The notes under the pieces were generated by a model. It ran no database searches and was not told the origin of the DNA. It worked only from the letters and a program-made list of their open reading frames with translations. 64,000 nt of DNA from Sedimentisphaerales bacterium. GTDB lineage: Bacteria; Planctomycetota; Phycisphaerae; Sedimentisphaerales; UBA12454. Positions 25,085-33,635 of this stretch are shown one piece after another (within the stretch, counting starts at the first letter, position 1; every line of letters begins with the position of its first letter). The DNA lies in contig JBEKRK010000001.1 of assembly GCA_049518795.1 (NCBI GenBank), forward strand, positions 270,477 through 334,476, written 5' to 3'. The position numbers and the translations under genes were made by a program.

Positions 25085-25795
25085 TCAGGCGAATACAGCA
25101 GAGCCGATTCTCAGGATTGTAGCGCCGTATTCAATTGCGATTTCATAATCGTTACTCATTCCCATACTGAGGTGTCTAAAGCCTGCGCCGGCGATTTTTT
25201 CGCCCTGAATTTCTTCAAATAATTCTTTTGCCCTGCTGAAAGACGCCTTGATAACATCTCTATTCAATGTCAGCGGAGCCATAGTCATAAGTCCGGAAAG
25301 CTTTATATTCGGCATTGTGGCGATTTGCTCGGCAAGGTGAATCGCAGCTCCTACCGATACACCGTATTTCTGCGGCTCTTCCGAGCAGTTGACCTGAATC
25401 AGAATTTCCGGGCAGATATTGAGCTTTGCGGCGTTTTTGCTGATTTCCTCTGCCAGCCGGAGCGTGTCAACTGAATGTATGAATCTTGACATTTGCAGGA
25501 GCTGGCGTACCTTGTTTCGCTGAAGATGGCCAATCATATGCCAATTGATTTCAGGAAGCTGCGGATTTTCATTTAAAAATGGTGCCAAATCGTCAAAAAC
25601 GATTTTGAGATATTGAACCCTGTTTTCGCCAAGCTGGCTGCAGCCGAGTTTTATGACCTGCTTTATGCCGTCGAGGTTAGTGGACTTTGTAACAACGACA
25701 AGGGTTATCTCGGAGCTGCTGCGTTTTGCCTTGTCGCAGGCTTTTTGAATGTTGTTTTTGACTTTTTCGAGATTTTCCGAAATTTTACTCATCAC
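25085..25795 (-). CDS. yggS: YggS-family PLP-binding homeostasis protein
   Basis: 236 aa. LVVVTKS..., HMIGHLQRNK and LSMGMSNDYEIAIEYGATILRIGSAVF match the YggS/alanine-racemase N-domain family. Confidence 0.85.
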   Translation of the reverse strand: MMSKISENLEKVKNNIQKACDKAKRSSSEITLVVVTKSTNLDGIKQVIKLGCSQLGENRVQYLKIVFDDLAPFLNENPQLPEINWHMIGHLQRNKVRQLLQMSRFIHSVDTLRLAEEISKNAAKLNICPEILIQVNCSEEPQKYGVSVGAAIHLAEQIATMPNIKLSGLMTMAPLTLNRDVIKASFSRAKELFEEIQGEKIAGAGFRHLSMGMSNDYEIAIEYGATILRIGSAVFA

Positions 25796-25800
25796 TGTTT

Positions 25801-26895
25801 TTACGGCAGAAATTGAGCCGTTTTTTTCAGCTTTTTAGGCAGGTAGTCGGTAACGACGAATTCGAGGCCGTGCTTGGCGAAAGCCTGCTGTTCGACACGG
25901 ACGCCCATATTAAGCATTTGATTTATCGCGACCTGCCAGGGTTTAAAATGTTTTACGAAGGGGTCGTTTTTCAGGGCGTCCTTGGCGCGTTTAATATCGA
26001 CGTCTTTGAGCGGATGTGTCGGCAGTTTGTAATCGATAATGTCCTGCGGCGTTACGCCGAGGAATGTTGCCTGCGGGACACAGAAATACTGATTAAGATG
26101 CGCTGCGTTGCCTGAGCCGACCTTGAGAGTTCGATAGATATTGAAATAGCCGTAGGGGTCGCCATCGACAAAGGCGTAAACGGGGGCTTTTAATTTATCG
26201 GATAATCTCCTGACAAATCTTCTGCAGGCCCTTGTCGGCACGCCGCCCATACTGATAAGGATGCAATTATTTTTGTCCCAGTAATCGTATTTGACGAGCC
26301 GCTGGAACATACCTGCTGTTTCGATGGCGAGAATGAATTTGGCGTCGCTCTGGAATTCAAGATTTTCGACGTCGATTGGTATTGAATATGAGCCTGAGCC
26401 GAATTTTGTGCAGTCGATTTTGAGTCTTTTTCCTTTCGAATCGGTGTCGATAACAAAGAGATTTCCCGCGACGTCGCCGCCTTTTTCTTCGGGTATGAAT
26501 TTTAGCTGCTCCCTGTTGATTCCGAACATTGCCTCGACGTCGTCCATAATTGTGTCGGATTCAGGCTGCTCGGCAAAACCTGCCTTGCCCCAGTTTTTGG
26601 AGATATAATACGCCTCCCTTTTGGTGGCCATATCGTTTGTGTCGATTAGCTCCTTGGAAAGCGACATCATCTTTAAAGTTTGGGCGAAGGTTTTTACAGT
26701 TCCGACCGTAAGCGTTCTTTCCTTGTTTTTGCCCGCAATTTCAAAATAACCGCTTTTTGGAAGATACTTTACGTTGCCAAGCGACCGCACAGGGGTTGAC
26801 ATAGTGGGCTTCTGCTTTTTTAAAATCTTTTCGTGTATGGACTTAGCGGTATTTACGATTTTATCGCTGACGGCTGAATCGGTTCGTTTTGTCAT
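25801..26895 (-). CDS. top6A: DNA topoisomerase VI subunit A / Spo11 homologue
   Basis: 364 aa. 5Y-CAP block KREAYYISKNW (Tyr96/97). Toprim ILAIETAGMFQRL (Glu) and YAFVDGDPYGYFNIY (DxD). Length matches archaeal Top6A. Confidence 0.8.
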   Translation of the reverse strand: MTKRTDSAVSDKIVNTAKSIHEKILKKQKPTMSTPVRSLGNVKYLPKSGYFEIAGKNKERTLTVGTVKTFAQTLKMMSLSKELIDTNDMATKREAYYISKNWGKAGFAEQPESDTIMDDVEAMFGINREQLKFIPEEKGGDVAGNLFVIDTDSKGKRLKIDCTKFGSGSYSIPIDVENLEFQSDAKFILAIETAGMFQRLVKYDYWDKNNCILISMGGVPTRACRRFVRRLSDKLKAPVYAFVDGDPYGYFNIYRTLKVGSGNAAHLNQYFCVPQATFLGVTPQDIIDYKLPTHPLKDVDIKRAKDALKNDPFVKHFKPWQVAINQMLNMGVRVEQQAFAKHGLEFVVTDYLPKKLKKTAQFLP

Positions 26896-27072
26896 TTAGA
26901 CGGCTCCCTTTGAAATTGTGCATTAGGGGAAAATTTCAGTAAAATAATACATATAATCTAAGTGGAAAAAAGGGGGAATTCAAGCCTAATTTTTTTGTAT
27001 TTTTATGCTGGAAATGGCTTGACAGGGTCGCTTTTTTCTGGTTTTATGGATTTCTGGGTTTAGGGAATTCCA

Positions 27073-27101
27073 TTGACATTGTTCTTTAAAATTGATATAA
27101 T
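27073..27101 (+). promoter_or_regulatory. perfect consensus sigma70 promoter with no downstream plus-strand ORF
   Basis: TTGACA (27073..27078), 17-nt spacer, TATAAT (27096..27101). Confidence 0.6.
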
Positions 27102-27107
27102 ACGTCC

Positions 27108-27358
27108 GGTGTAAATAGACTGCTTAACAGCAGTTTAATAAACCTCGGCGAGGCAGTGTCAAATCAGTGGTTTCCCCCCAGCCACTTTGACCGTCTCGCC
27201 ATTTTGAAGCCTTTAGGGGCTTCAAGGGGCGGCGAGAGTAAATATCCAATGACGCGGTCTCCCCCCAGCCACGTCTATATCTCGCCGTAAAATCCTCGGC
27301 GAGGAAGGAACAAAATGTGGTTGCCCCCCAGCCACTTTGTCCTACTCGCCCTTTTTTA
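27108..27358 (+). ncRNA. candidate ~250-nt sRNA with three repeated C6-loop hairpin modules
   Basis: Three modules at 27148..27201, 27232..27287 and 27299..27351. Each is GGCGAG-N13/14-[6-9 bp stem with loop (T/G)CCCCCC]-N5-8-CTCGCC. Inner hairpins: AGTGGTT-tcccccc-AGCCACT; GACGCGGT-ctcccccca-GCCACGTC; GTGGTT-gcccccc-AGCCAC. An 8-bp hairpin (27205..27226) sits between modules 1 and 2. Module 3 is followed by CTTTTTTAT. Confidence 0.45.
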
Positions 27359-27428
27359 TGCGCAGAATCAGCCACGAAGACACAAAGACACGAAGAAAAA
27401 TGATTAAGAATTAAAAAATGAGGATTTT

Positions 27429-27839
27429 TTACTGTCCCATAATCTGGATGTTGACGGTTCTTCTTCGCGGACCATCGAATTCGCAGAAATAAATTCCCTG
27501 CCAGGTGCCTAATTTCATTTTGCCGGAAGATATAAGAATTGTTTCACTGCATCCGATAATGGAGCTTTTGACGTGAGCGTCTGAATTGCCTTCTGAATGT
27601 TGGTATCCGCTCCTGTGCTGTGGGGCAAGTTCTGAAAGTGTAAGCAATATATCGTGAACGACATCCGGGTCTGCGTTTTCGTTTATAGTAATCGCCGCTG
27701 TTGTATGTGGACAAAAAACTATGACGTTGCCGTCCGATATATCTGCTTTGTCAACTAAACTCTGGATTTTGTCTGTAATATCGATAAGTTCGTTCCTTTT
27801 ATTCGTACTGACGGAAAATGAATCATTAAAAATCTTCAT
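27429..27839 (-). CDS. yjbQ: YjbQ-family (UPF0047) protein
   Basis: TTAAITINENADPDV, GNSDAHVKSS and GTWQGIYFCEFDGPRRR are family hallmarks. I prefer the start at ATG 27839 (AGGA upstream) over the tracked 27887, which would overlap argS. Confidence 0.8.
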   Translation of the reverse strand: MKIFNDSFSVSTNKRNELIDITDKIQSLVDKADISDGNVIVFCPHTTAAITINENADPDVVHDILLTLSELAPQHRSGYQHSEGNSDAHVKSSIIGCSETILISSGKMKLGTWQGIYFCEFDGPRRRTVNIQIMGQ

Positions 27840-27846
27840 AATTTTC

Positions 27847-29649
27847 CTACATCCTTTCAATCGTTTCAATGCCGAGGAGGTTTTCAAGGCCGTGGCGGAT
27901 TGTCCGTGCGGTCAGTTCGCAAAGCAGTAGCCTCGAAGGCCTAATTTCAGGCTCAGCATCGAGAACAGGACAGGCATTATAAAAGGCACTGAATTTTTGT
28001 GCTAATTCGTAAAGATAGCTTGTCAGAAAATTAGGCCGAAGGTCAGAAATAGCTGAATTAAACGCTTCATTATATCTGATTAGCTGTTTTGCAAGCTCAA
28101 GCTCAGCCGGCTCATTTAAATGAATTTCTTGGACGCCTTTCAGCTCTTTTTCTGTATCAATTCTTTTTTCCTGTCCCTTTCTGCTTATGGATTTAACCCT
28201 CGCATAAGCATATTGCATATAAGGAGCGGTATTGCCGTCCATCGCGAGCATCTTATCGAAACTGAAGATATAATCGCTTGTGCGATTATTAGAATAATCA
28301 GCATATTTTACCGCCCCGATTCCGACGGCCTGAGCTATTTTTTCTTTTTCAGTATCTTGTAATTCGGGATTTTTTTCCTCAACGACTGCCTTTGCTCTTT
28401 TGACGGCCTCATCTAAAAGCTCTTTTAGCTTTACATTTTCACCGCTGCGGGTTTTTAAAGGTTTTCCATCTTCGCCTAATACGCTTCCGAAGGTAACGTG
28501 CTGGAGTTTGATTTTATCATTTGCCCAGCCTGCCATTTTTGCCACGGCAAAAAGCATTTCAAAATGCAGTTTCTGCCTTGCATCTGTAACGTAAATAATC
28601 CTGTCAGCTTTTAGTTCGTTTATACGATACCGCAACGCCGCCAAATCCGTTGTTGCATAAAGATATGCACCATCGGACTTTTGAATAATAAAAGGCATTG
28701 GCTTGCCTTCTTTGGTTTTAAAGCCTTCGGGAAAAACACAAATCGCCCCGTCTGATTCAACGGTAAGACCGAGTTTTTTAAGGTCATTGACAACCATAGG
28801 CAACTTTTCATTATAAAAACTTTCGCCTCTAACAACTTGATAATCAAAGTGTTTGTCCGTAATTTTAACCCCGAGCCTATCGTATATTTCTTCACACTCT
28901 GCAAGCGATGCGCGAACAATACTTTTCCAAAAAGCAATTGCATCATCATATCCTTGTTGCAATTCGACTACCCATCGACGTGCTTTTTTAGCAAACTCAG
29001 GGTCGGAGTCGTAACGTATCTTAGCTTTTCTGTATAAATCTTCAGTATCAGATATCGAGAAATCACCTTCTGTATATACTTTATGACCGGTAGCTCCTTC
29101 GAAAGCAGCCGCCATTCGTCCTTCAAAAACTTGCTGTATCAGCATTCCAAACTGTGTTCCCCAGTCGCCGATGTGGTTTTGGCGAATGACTTTATGGCCT
29201 GCAAGTTCGAGCATTCGGCAGATGCAGTCGCCGATGATTGTGCTTCTTAAATGGCCGACGTGCATTTGCTTTGCGATATTCGGGCCAGAAAAATCAACAA
29301 CGACAGTTTCCGCCTTTTTTGTCTTTTCAATGCCGAGATTGTCGCTGGCGTTTATATCGAGCAGATTTTTTGCGATAAATTCCGGTTTAAGTTTGAGATT
29401 TATAAATCCTGCACCTGCGATTTGGGGTTTTTCGCAAATATCATCAATTTGCAGGTTTGCTATGATTTTTTCAGCGAGCTGACGAGGGTTGGCTTTTAAT
29501 TGTTTGGCAAGGGCAAGGGCGTTATTGCTTTGATAATCGCCGAATTTAGGGTCGGTAGCAGGGGTAACGATTGCGGGAATATGCCGGCCCGCTGCTTTTG
29601 CAATTGCTATGCAAATTCTCTCTGAAATAATTTCTATTGCAGGCTTCAT
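27847..29649 (-). CDS. argS: arginine--tRNA ligase
   Basis: 600 aa. HVGHLRS (HIGH-type), ...LKTRSGENV (KMSKS-equivalent), and a DALR anticodon-binding C-terminus ending ...ETIERM. Confidence 0.93.
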   Translation of the reverse strand: MKPAIEIISERICIAIAKAAGRHIPAIVTPATDPKFGDYQSNNALALAKQLKANPRQLAEKIIANLQIDDICEKPQIAGAGFINLKLKPEFIAKNLLDINASDNLGIEKTKKAETVVVDFSGPNIAKQMHVGHLRSTIIGDCICRMLELAGHKVIRQNHIGDWGTQFGMLIQQVFEGRMAAAFEGATGHKVYTEGDFSISDTEDLYRKAKIRYDSDPEFAKKARRWVVELQQGYDDAIAFWKSIVRASLAECEEIYDRLGVKITDKHFDYQVVRGESFYNEKLPMVVNDLKKLGLTVESDGAICVFPEGFKTKEGKPMPFIIQKSDGAYLYATTDLAALRYRINELKADRIIYVTDARQKLHFEMLFAVAKMAGWANDKIKLQHVTFGSVLGEDGKPLKTRSGENVKLKELLDEAVKRAKAVVEEKNPELQDTEKEKIAQAVGIGAVKYADYSNNRTSDYIFSFDKMLAMDGNTAPYMQYAYARVKSISRKGQEKRIDTEKELKGVQEIHLNEPAELELAKQLIRYNEAFNSAISDLRPNFLTSYLYELAQKFSAFYNACPVLDAEPEIRPSRLLLCELTARTIRHGLENLLGIETIERM

Positions 29650-29729
29650 TGCGAAAATAAAATATAAAAAATAAAATATAAAAAATACAAATTAAAAATA
29701 AAAAATTCCACAATTTTTCATTTTTAGTT

Positions 29730-30101
29730 TTAAACTTTTAGTTTTTTTGCGTCGCCCCAGAGGAGTTCCAAATCATAGTATTGTCTGAATTCCTCATCGA
29801 ATATGTGGACTACGACATCGACAAAATCGAGGAGAATCCATTTTCCCTGTTCGTAGCCTGCTCTGCCGAAGAGGCGGAGTTTATGTTTATGAGCGAATTG
29901 CGTAATTTCATCCGCGACGGTTTTTATCTGCCTGTCGCTTGTGCCGGTGGCGATTAAAAAGTAGTCTGTAGCGGGGCTTATGCCTTTCAAGTCGAGCGCG
30001 ACGATGTCGGTGCAGTGTCTTTCGAGGGCGATTTTAGCCGCCTCGGTTACTAGTTTTTTTGCTGTTAAAGGTCGTTTTTTTGCCAATTTTTCCTTATCCA
30101 A
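29730..30101 (-). CDS. rsfS: ribosome silencing factor RsfS
   Basis: 123 aa. DIVALDLKGISPATDYFLIATGTSDRQ...WILLDFVDVVVHIF..FRQYYDLELLW. TTG start. Confidence 0.88.
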   Translation of the reverse strand: MDKEKLAKKRPLTAKKLVTEAAKIALERHCTDIVALDLKGISPATDYFLIATGTSDRQIKTVADEITQFAHKHKLRLFGRAGYEQGKWILLDFVDVVVHIFDEEFRQYYDLELLWGDAKKLKV

Positions 30102-30103
30102 TA

Positions 30104-30174
30104 TAATAAAAATGGGGTCGAGAAAACTCGACCCTGATAGGATACATTTAATCGCCTTTTAAGTCAACTGTTTG
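30104..30174. repeat. ~70-bp direct repeat, copy 1 (terminator hairpin + promoter-like box)
   Basis: taataaaaatGGGGTCGAGaaaaCTCGACCCtgataggatacatttaatcgccttttaagtcaactgttt. Near-identical to 30829..30900. Confidence 0.8.
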
Positions 30175-30190
30175 TCAGAAATCGATAATA

Positions 30191-30583
30191 TCAGGGTGAG
30201 AAGATTTTATGCAAAGCAGTGCTACGAATAAAATCAGAAATGCCTTTAAAGCCTAAACTGGCAGCGGCATTTGCAATTAACAGTTTTTCCTCAGCGGTCA
30301 ATCTGACATTCACCTGGAATGTGCGTTTTTCATCAGAAGAGGGAAGGGGTGGTGTTTGACCGTTTTCGAGCATAGTAGCCACGGCTATCGTTAAGGCCTG
30401 TTCAGTAGCCTGAAAACATTTTTCAGGTGTTTTTGCGTCGGCGAAAACGCCGGGCAGTTCCACAGAACTGCCGATGTAACCAAGCCGGTCATTTTTTTCG
30501 AGAATTACACGGTATTCAGCCGCAATTTTTCCGGCCTTGTGCAGTAAAGAAGCCTTGAATGGTTTATTTAATTTATTTTTCAT
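30191..30583 (-). CDS. hicB: HicB-family antitoxin with C-terminal RHH-like DNA-binding tail
   Basis: YRVILEKNDRLGYIGSSVELPGVFADAKTPEKCFQATEQALTIAVATMLENGQTPPLP is the HicB N-domain pattern. The C-terminal part reads VRLTAEEKLLIANAAASLGFKGISDFIRS. I prefer the start at ATG 30583 (MKNKLNK). Confidence 0.7.
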   Translation of the reverse strand: MKNKLNKPFKASLLHKAGKIAAEYRVILEKNDRLGYIGSSVELPGVFADAKTPEKCFQATEQALTIAVATMLENGQTPPLPSSDEKRTFQVNVRLTAEEKLLIANAAASLGFKGISDFIRSTALHKIFSP

Positions 30584-30773
30584 AACTGTCCTGAATAAAT
30601 TTTTTAAACTTATGCACGTATTCAATATCTACTTTTCGATTCTTTACAGGTATGAGCCAGGGCAATTGACCTTCTTTAACAAAAACCCTGTAATGCCCAT
30701 AAGTTCTTTTTAATTTCCAGCCATAAGATTCAAAAAGCTTCAATACCTCTTCGAAGTCAATTTCATAGACCAT
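30573..30773 (-). CDS. hicA: HicA-like mRNA interferase toxin
   Basis: 66 aa. LKLFESYGWKLKRTYGHYRVFVKEG follows the HicA/YcfA pattern. Overlaps the hicB start by 11 nt. Confidence 0.55.
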   Translation of the reverse strand: MVYEIDFEEVLKLFESYGWKLKRTYGHYRVFVKEGQLPWLIPVKNRKVDIEYVHKFKKFIQDSYEK

Positions 30774-30791
30774 TGCAGATATTCCTATTAA

Positions 30792-30820
30792 AGTATAGCC
30801 CAGGCTTTACAAAATGTCAA
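30792..30820 (-). promoter_or_regulatory. candidate hicAB promoter
   Basis: On the minus strand: TTGACA-N17-TATACT, 19 nt upstream of the hicA ATG. Confidence 0.5.
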
Positions 30821-30828
30821 GTCTTTTC

Positions 30829-30900
30829 TAATAAAAAACGGGGTCGAGAGTTCTCGACCCCGATAGGATACATTTAATTGCCTTTTAAGTCAACTATTTA
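30829..30900. repeat. ~70-bp direct repeat, copy 2 (hppA terminator)
   Basis: taataaaaaacGGGGTCGAGagttCTCGACCCCgataggatacatttaattgccttttaagtcaactattt. On the minus strand the hairpin is followed by TTTTTTATT. Confidence 0.8.
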
Positions 30901-30908
30901 CAATCGGC

Positions 30909-33476
30909 CTATTCTTTAATCTGAGCAGCGACCGTTTCCTCCATTTGCTTCATTTCTTCTGTTTCGCGTTTTGACTGCCAAACCGCCCAGACAAGACCGA
31001 TGATGCCGACAATTATCACCGTCCAGAAAAGCTTGTCGTGAGTTTTCGGCGCGATGATTACGCCGTGTTTGCCAAGGACCTCAAGGACGGTCTTGTCGTA
31101 AGGAAGAATCAAGCCGATAATCAGCAGGCTGACCATATTCATAACTTTAATCAGCGGATTAATTGCCGGCCCGGCTGTGTCTTTTAGCGGGTCGCCGACT
31201 GTATCACCTGTAACGCTGGCCTTATGTCTTTCGCTGCCTTTGCCTGTATTGGCTTTAAGGTCGCGAGGTTCATCTTCGATAATCTTTTTGGCATTGTCCC
31301 ATGCGCCACCTGCGTTAGCCATAAACACAGCGAGCAATTGACCGGAAACAATCATTCCGCCAAGGAAACCTGCCAGCGGTATCACCCCAAGACTGAAACC
31401 TACAAGCACCGGCACTAATATTGCCAGAAGTCCCGGACCAATCAATTCCTTCTGTGCCGCTGTTGTGCAGATGTCCACAACTCTACCATAATCCGGCTTC
31501 TTTGTGCCTTCCCAGATGGCCTTATCGTGGAATTGGAGTCTGCATTCGTTCACAATTAAATAAGCCGCCCGGCCGACCGCGCGGATTGTCATCGAACTGA
31601 ACAAGAACGGCACGGCGCCGCCAAGCAGCATTCCGATAAACAACGTCGGATTTGAAATCGTCAGCATTGCCGCGACAACGTTGTATATATCGTGGCTGAT
31701 ACCTGCCGCTTCGCCTTTGCCGCCTGAGCCGACCGAAACGATAAAACTATTGAACAGCGATACTGCCGCAATCACAGCGGAACCGATAGCGATTCCTTTT
31801 GTGATAGCTTTTGTCGTATTTCCTACGGCGTCAAGGTCAGCGAGAATCTGGCGCGCTTCTTTATATTTGGTTTCGCCCATTTCTTTTTTGTCATAACCCA
31901 TTTCGCCGATTCCGTTGGCGTTATCCGCTACAGGACCGAAAACGTCCATCGAGATAGTATTGCCCGTCAGAGTCAACATTCCAATGCCGCACATAGCAAC
32001 TCCATAGGCGACAAATGTTGCATTGGTATTAGCGTAAATAAGAACGCTGCCCATAATTGCCGCGGCGATAATCAGCACGGCGAAAACCGTGCTTTCATAA
32101 CCAACCGCAAGTCCCTGAATAATGTTTGTTGCGTGTCCGGTTCCGCAGGCTTTTACCAGGCTTTTTACCGGCGAGAACTCCGTGCCGGTAAAATACTCGG
32201 TGCATTTATTCAGGAATATCGCCAGCACTATACCAATCAGGCACGTCCATGCCGGCCGCATATCCAGTCCTTCAACGCCGAGGTTTGCCCATTTTGGCAG
32301 ATTGGTAATATATGGTTTTATCGCCTCATAATTTGGATAGGTAGGGTCAAATCTGAAATACAAAAAGCCCAGCACAATGAAGCCAATTACGCTGATAGTT
32401 GAGCCGATAATAAAACCGCGGTTGACGCTCTTCATCGCTGCCGCGACCGTTCCCTTGTCGCCTGCACGAACGCTGTAAGTGCTTATAATACTTGCAATTA
32501 CGCCGATGGCACGAACCAACAGGGGGAAGATTACGCCTTTGTGGCCGAAGCTGGCAATACCAAGAATCATTGCCGCCACGATTGTAACTTCATAACTTTC
32601 GAAAATATCCGCCGCCATACCGGCACAGTCGCCTACATTGTCGCCTACGTTGTCGGCAATTGTTGCGGCGTTTCGCGGGTCGTCTTCAGGAATTCCCGCC
32701 TCCACTTTACCAACGAGGTCAGCGCCGACGTCAGCGGCCTTTGTATAAATACCGCCGCCGACTCGCATGAACAGTGCCAGCAGCGTTCCGCCGAATCCAA
32801 AACCAAGCAATGCCTCATAAGCTCGCTCGCCATAAACAAGGAATATAATTGAGCCGCCTAACAGGCCCAGACCGTCGGTCAGCATACCTGTAATTGTTCC
32901 GCTCCTATAGCCTAATTGCAAAGCTCTTCCGAAACTTGTCTTTGCGGCAGCGGCCACTCTAAGATTGCCTGTTGTTGCCAGCCGCATTCCTACAAAACCA
33001 ACGGTTGCGGAAAATGTCGAACCGACCAGAAACGCGATTGCTCGCCCCCAGGCGATCGCCTGCTCTGCCCCTGATGCTTTGGCCGCAAAGTATAATACCA
33101 CGGTAATTACCACAATCAGCAGACCGACTACGCGGAATTGCCGATAAAGATACGCGTTTGCACCTTCGCGCACTGCCCGGGCTATTTCCTGCATTTTCGC
33201 AGTGCCCTGGTCGGCTTCTCTGACCTGCTTGACTAACAGCAGGGCATAAGCCAGACCTGCCAGAGCAATGAATACGTTTGTTACCAGCGCAATTTTTTCA
33301 TACGAGGCATACTTGCTGCTGATAAGCGGTTCAAAAAGTGTAATTTTGGGTCCTTCCTCCGTTGCTGTCAGTGTCGGTGCGGTTGGCGTTGTGGGCTGCG
33401 GCGCAACAGTAAATGACCATACCGTTACCGTCAGCATACCTATTGCTAATAATGCAACAAACCAAATCCTTTTCAT
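30909..33476 (-). CDS. hppA: membrane-bound H+/Na+-translocating pyrophosphatase (long form)
   Basis: GGGIYTKAADVGADLVGK, DNVGDNVGDCAGMAADIFESY and GDTVGDPLKDTAGPAINPLIKV are V-PPase signatures. ATG 33476 (MKRIWF...) is preferred; the tracked TTG start at 33542 is possible. Confidence 0.93.
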   Translation of the reverse strand: MKRIWFVALLAIGMLTVTVWSFTVAPQPTTPTAPTLTATEEGPKITLFEPLISSKYASYEKIALVTNVFIALAGLAYALLLVKQVREADQGTAKMQEIARAVREGANAYLYRQFRVVGLLIVVITVVLYFAAKASGAEQAIAWGRAIAFLVGSTFSATVGFVGMRLATTGNLRVAAAAKTSFGRALQLGYRSGTITGMLTDGLGLLGGSIIFLVYGERAYEALLGFGFGGTLLALFMRVGGGIYTKAADVGADLVGKVEAGIPEDDPRNAATIADNVGDNVGDCAGMAADIFESYEVTIVAAMILGIASFGHKGVIFPLLVRAIGVIASIISTYSVRAGDKGTVAAAMKSVNRGFIIGSTISVIGFIVLGFLYFRFDPTYPNYEAIKPYITNLPKWANLGVEGLDMRPAWTCLIGIVLAIFLNKCTEYFTGTEFSPVKSLVKACGTGHATNIIQGLAVGYESTVFAVLIIAAAIMGSVLIYANTNATFVAYGVAMCGIGMLTLTGNTISMDVFGPVADNANGIGEMGYDKKEMGETKYKEARQILADLDAVGNTTKAITKGIAIGSAVIAAVSLFNSFIVSVGSGGKGEAAGISHDIYNVVAAMLTISNPTLFIGMLLGGAVPFLFSSMTIRAVGRAAYLIVNECRLQFHDKAIWEGTKKPDYGRVVDICTTAAQKELIGPGLLAILVPVLVGFSLGVIPLAGFLGGMIVSGQLLAVFMANAGGAWDNAKKIIEDEPRDLKANTGKGSERHKASVTGDTVGDPLKDTAGPAINPLIKVMNMVSLLIIGLILPYDKTVLEVLGKHGVIIAPKTHDKLFWTVIIVGIIGLVWAVWQSKRETEEMKQMEETVAAQIKE

Positions 33477-33635
33477 TGTTACTTTCTCGCTTAAAAAACT
33501 TTTAATAAATTGTTCATTCGCTATCGAATAACGATGTTTCAACCCATATAAAATTAGGGACAGTCTATAGGATATGTCGCTGTTTTCAAGGATTATTCTT
33601 GAATAAATCCAGTAAATAAAGACTTGTCTGGTCTG

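Noticed and set aside
27148-27351. Possible mini-CRISPR array, because CCCCCCAGCCAC occurs three times.
   Set aside because: - The repeat spacing is irregular (87 and 63 nt).
- The 'repeats' are parts of larger imperfect hairpin modules.
- There are no cas genes or leader, and only three units.
27124-27375. 83-aa minus-strand ORF (contains repeated GQSGWG(A/E)TT).
   Set aside because: Its periodicity simply mirrors the three nucleotide repeat modules. It has no RBS and odd composition. The region is better explained as a structured non-coding locus.
29650-29729. A-rich tract with a duplicated AATAAAATATAAAA between rsfS and argS, considered as a regulatory repeat.
   Set aside because: It is low-complexity A/T sequence. 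It could be an UP-element-like spacer for argS, but nothing specific can be supported.
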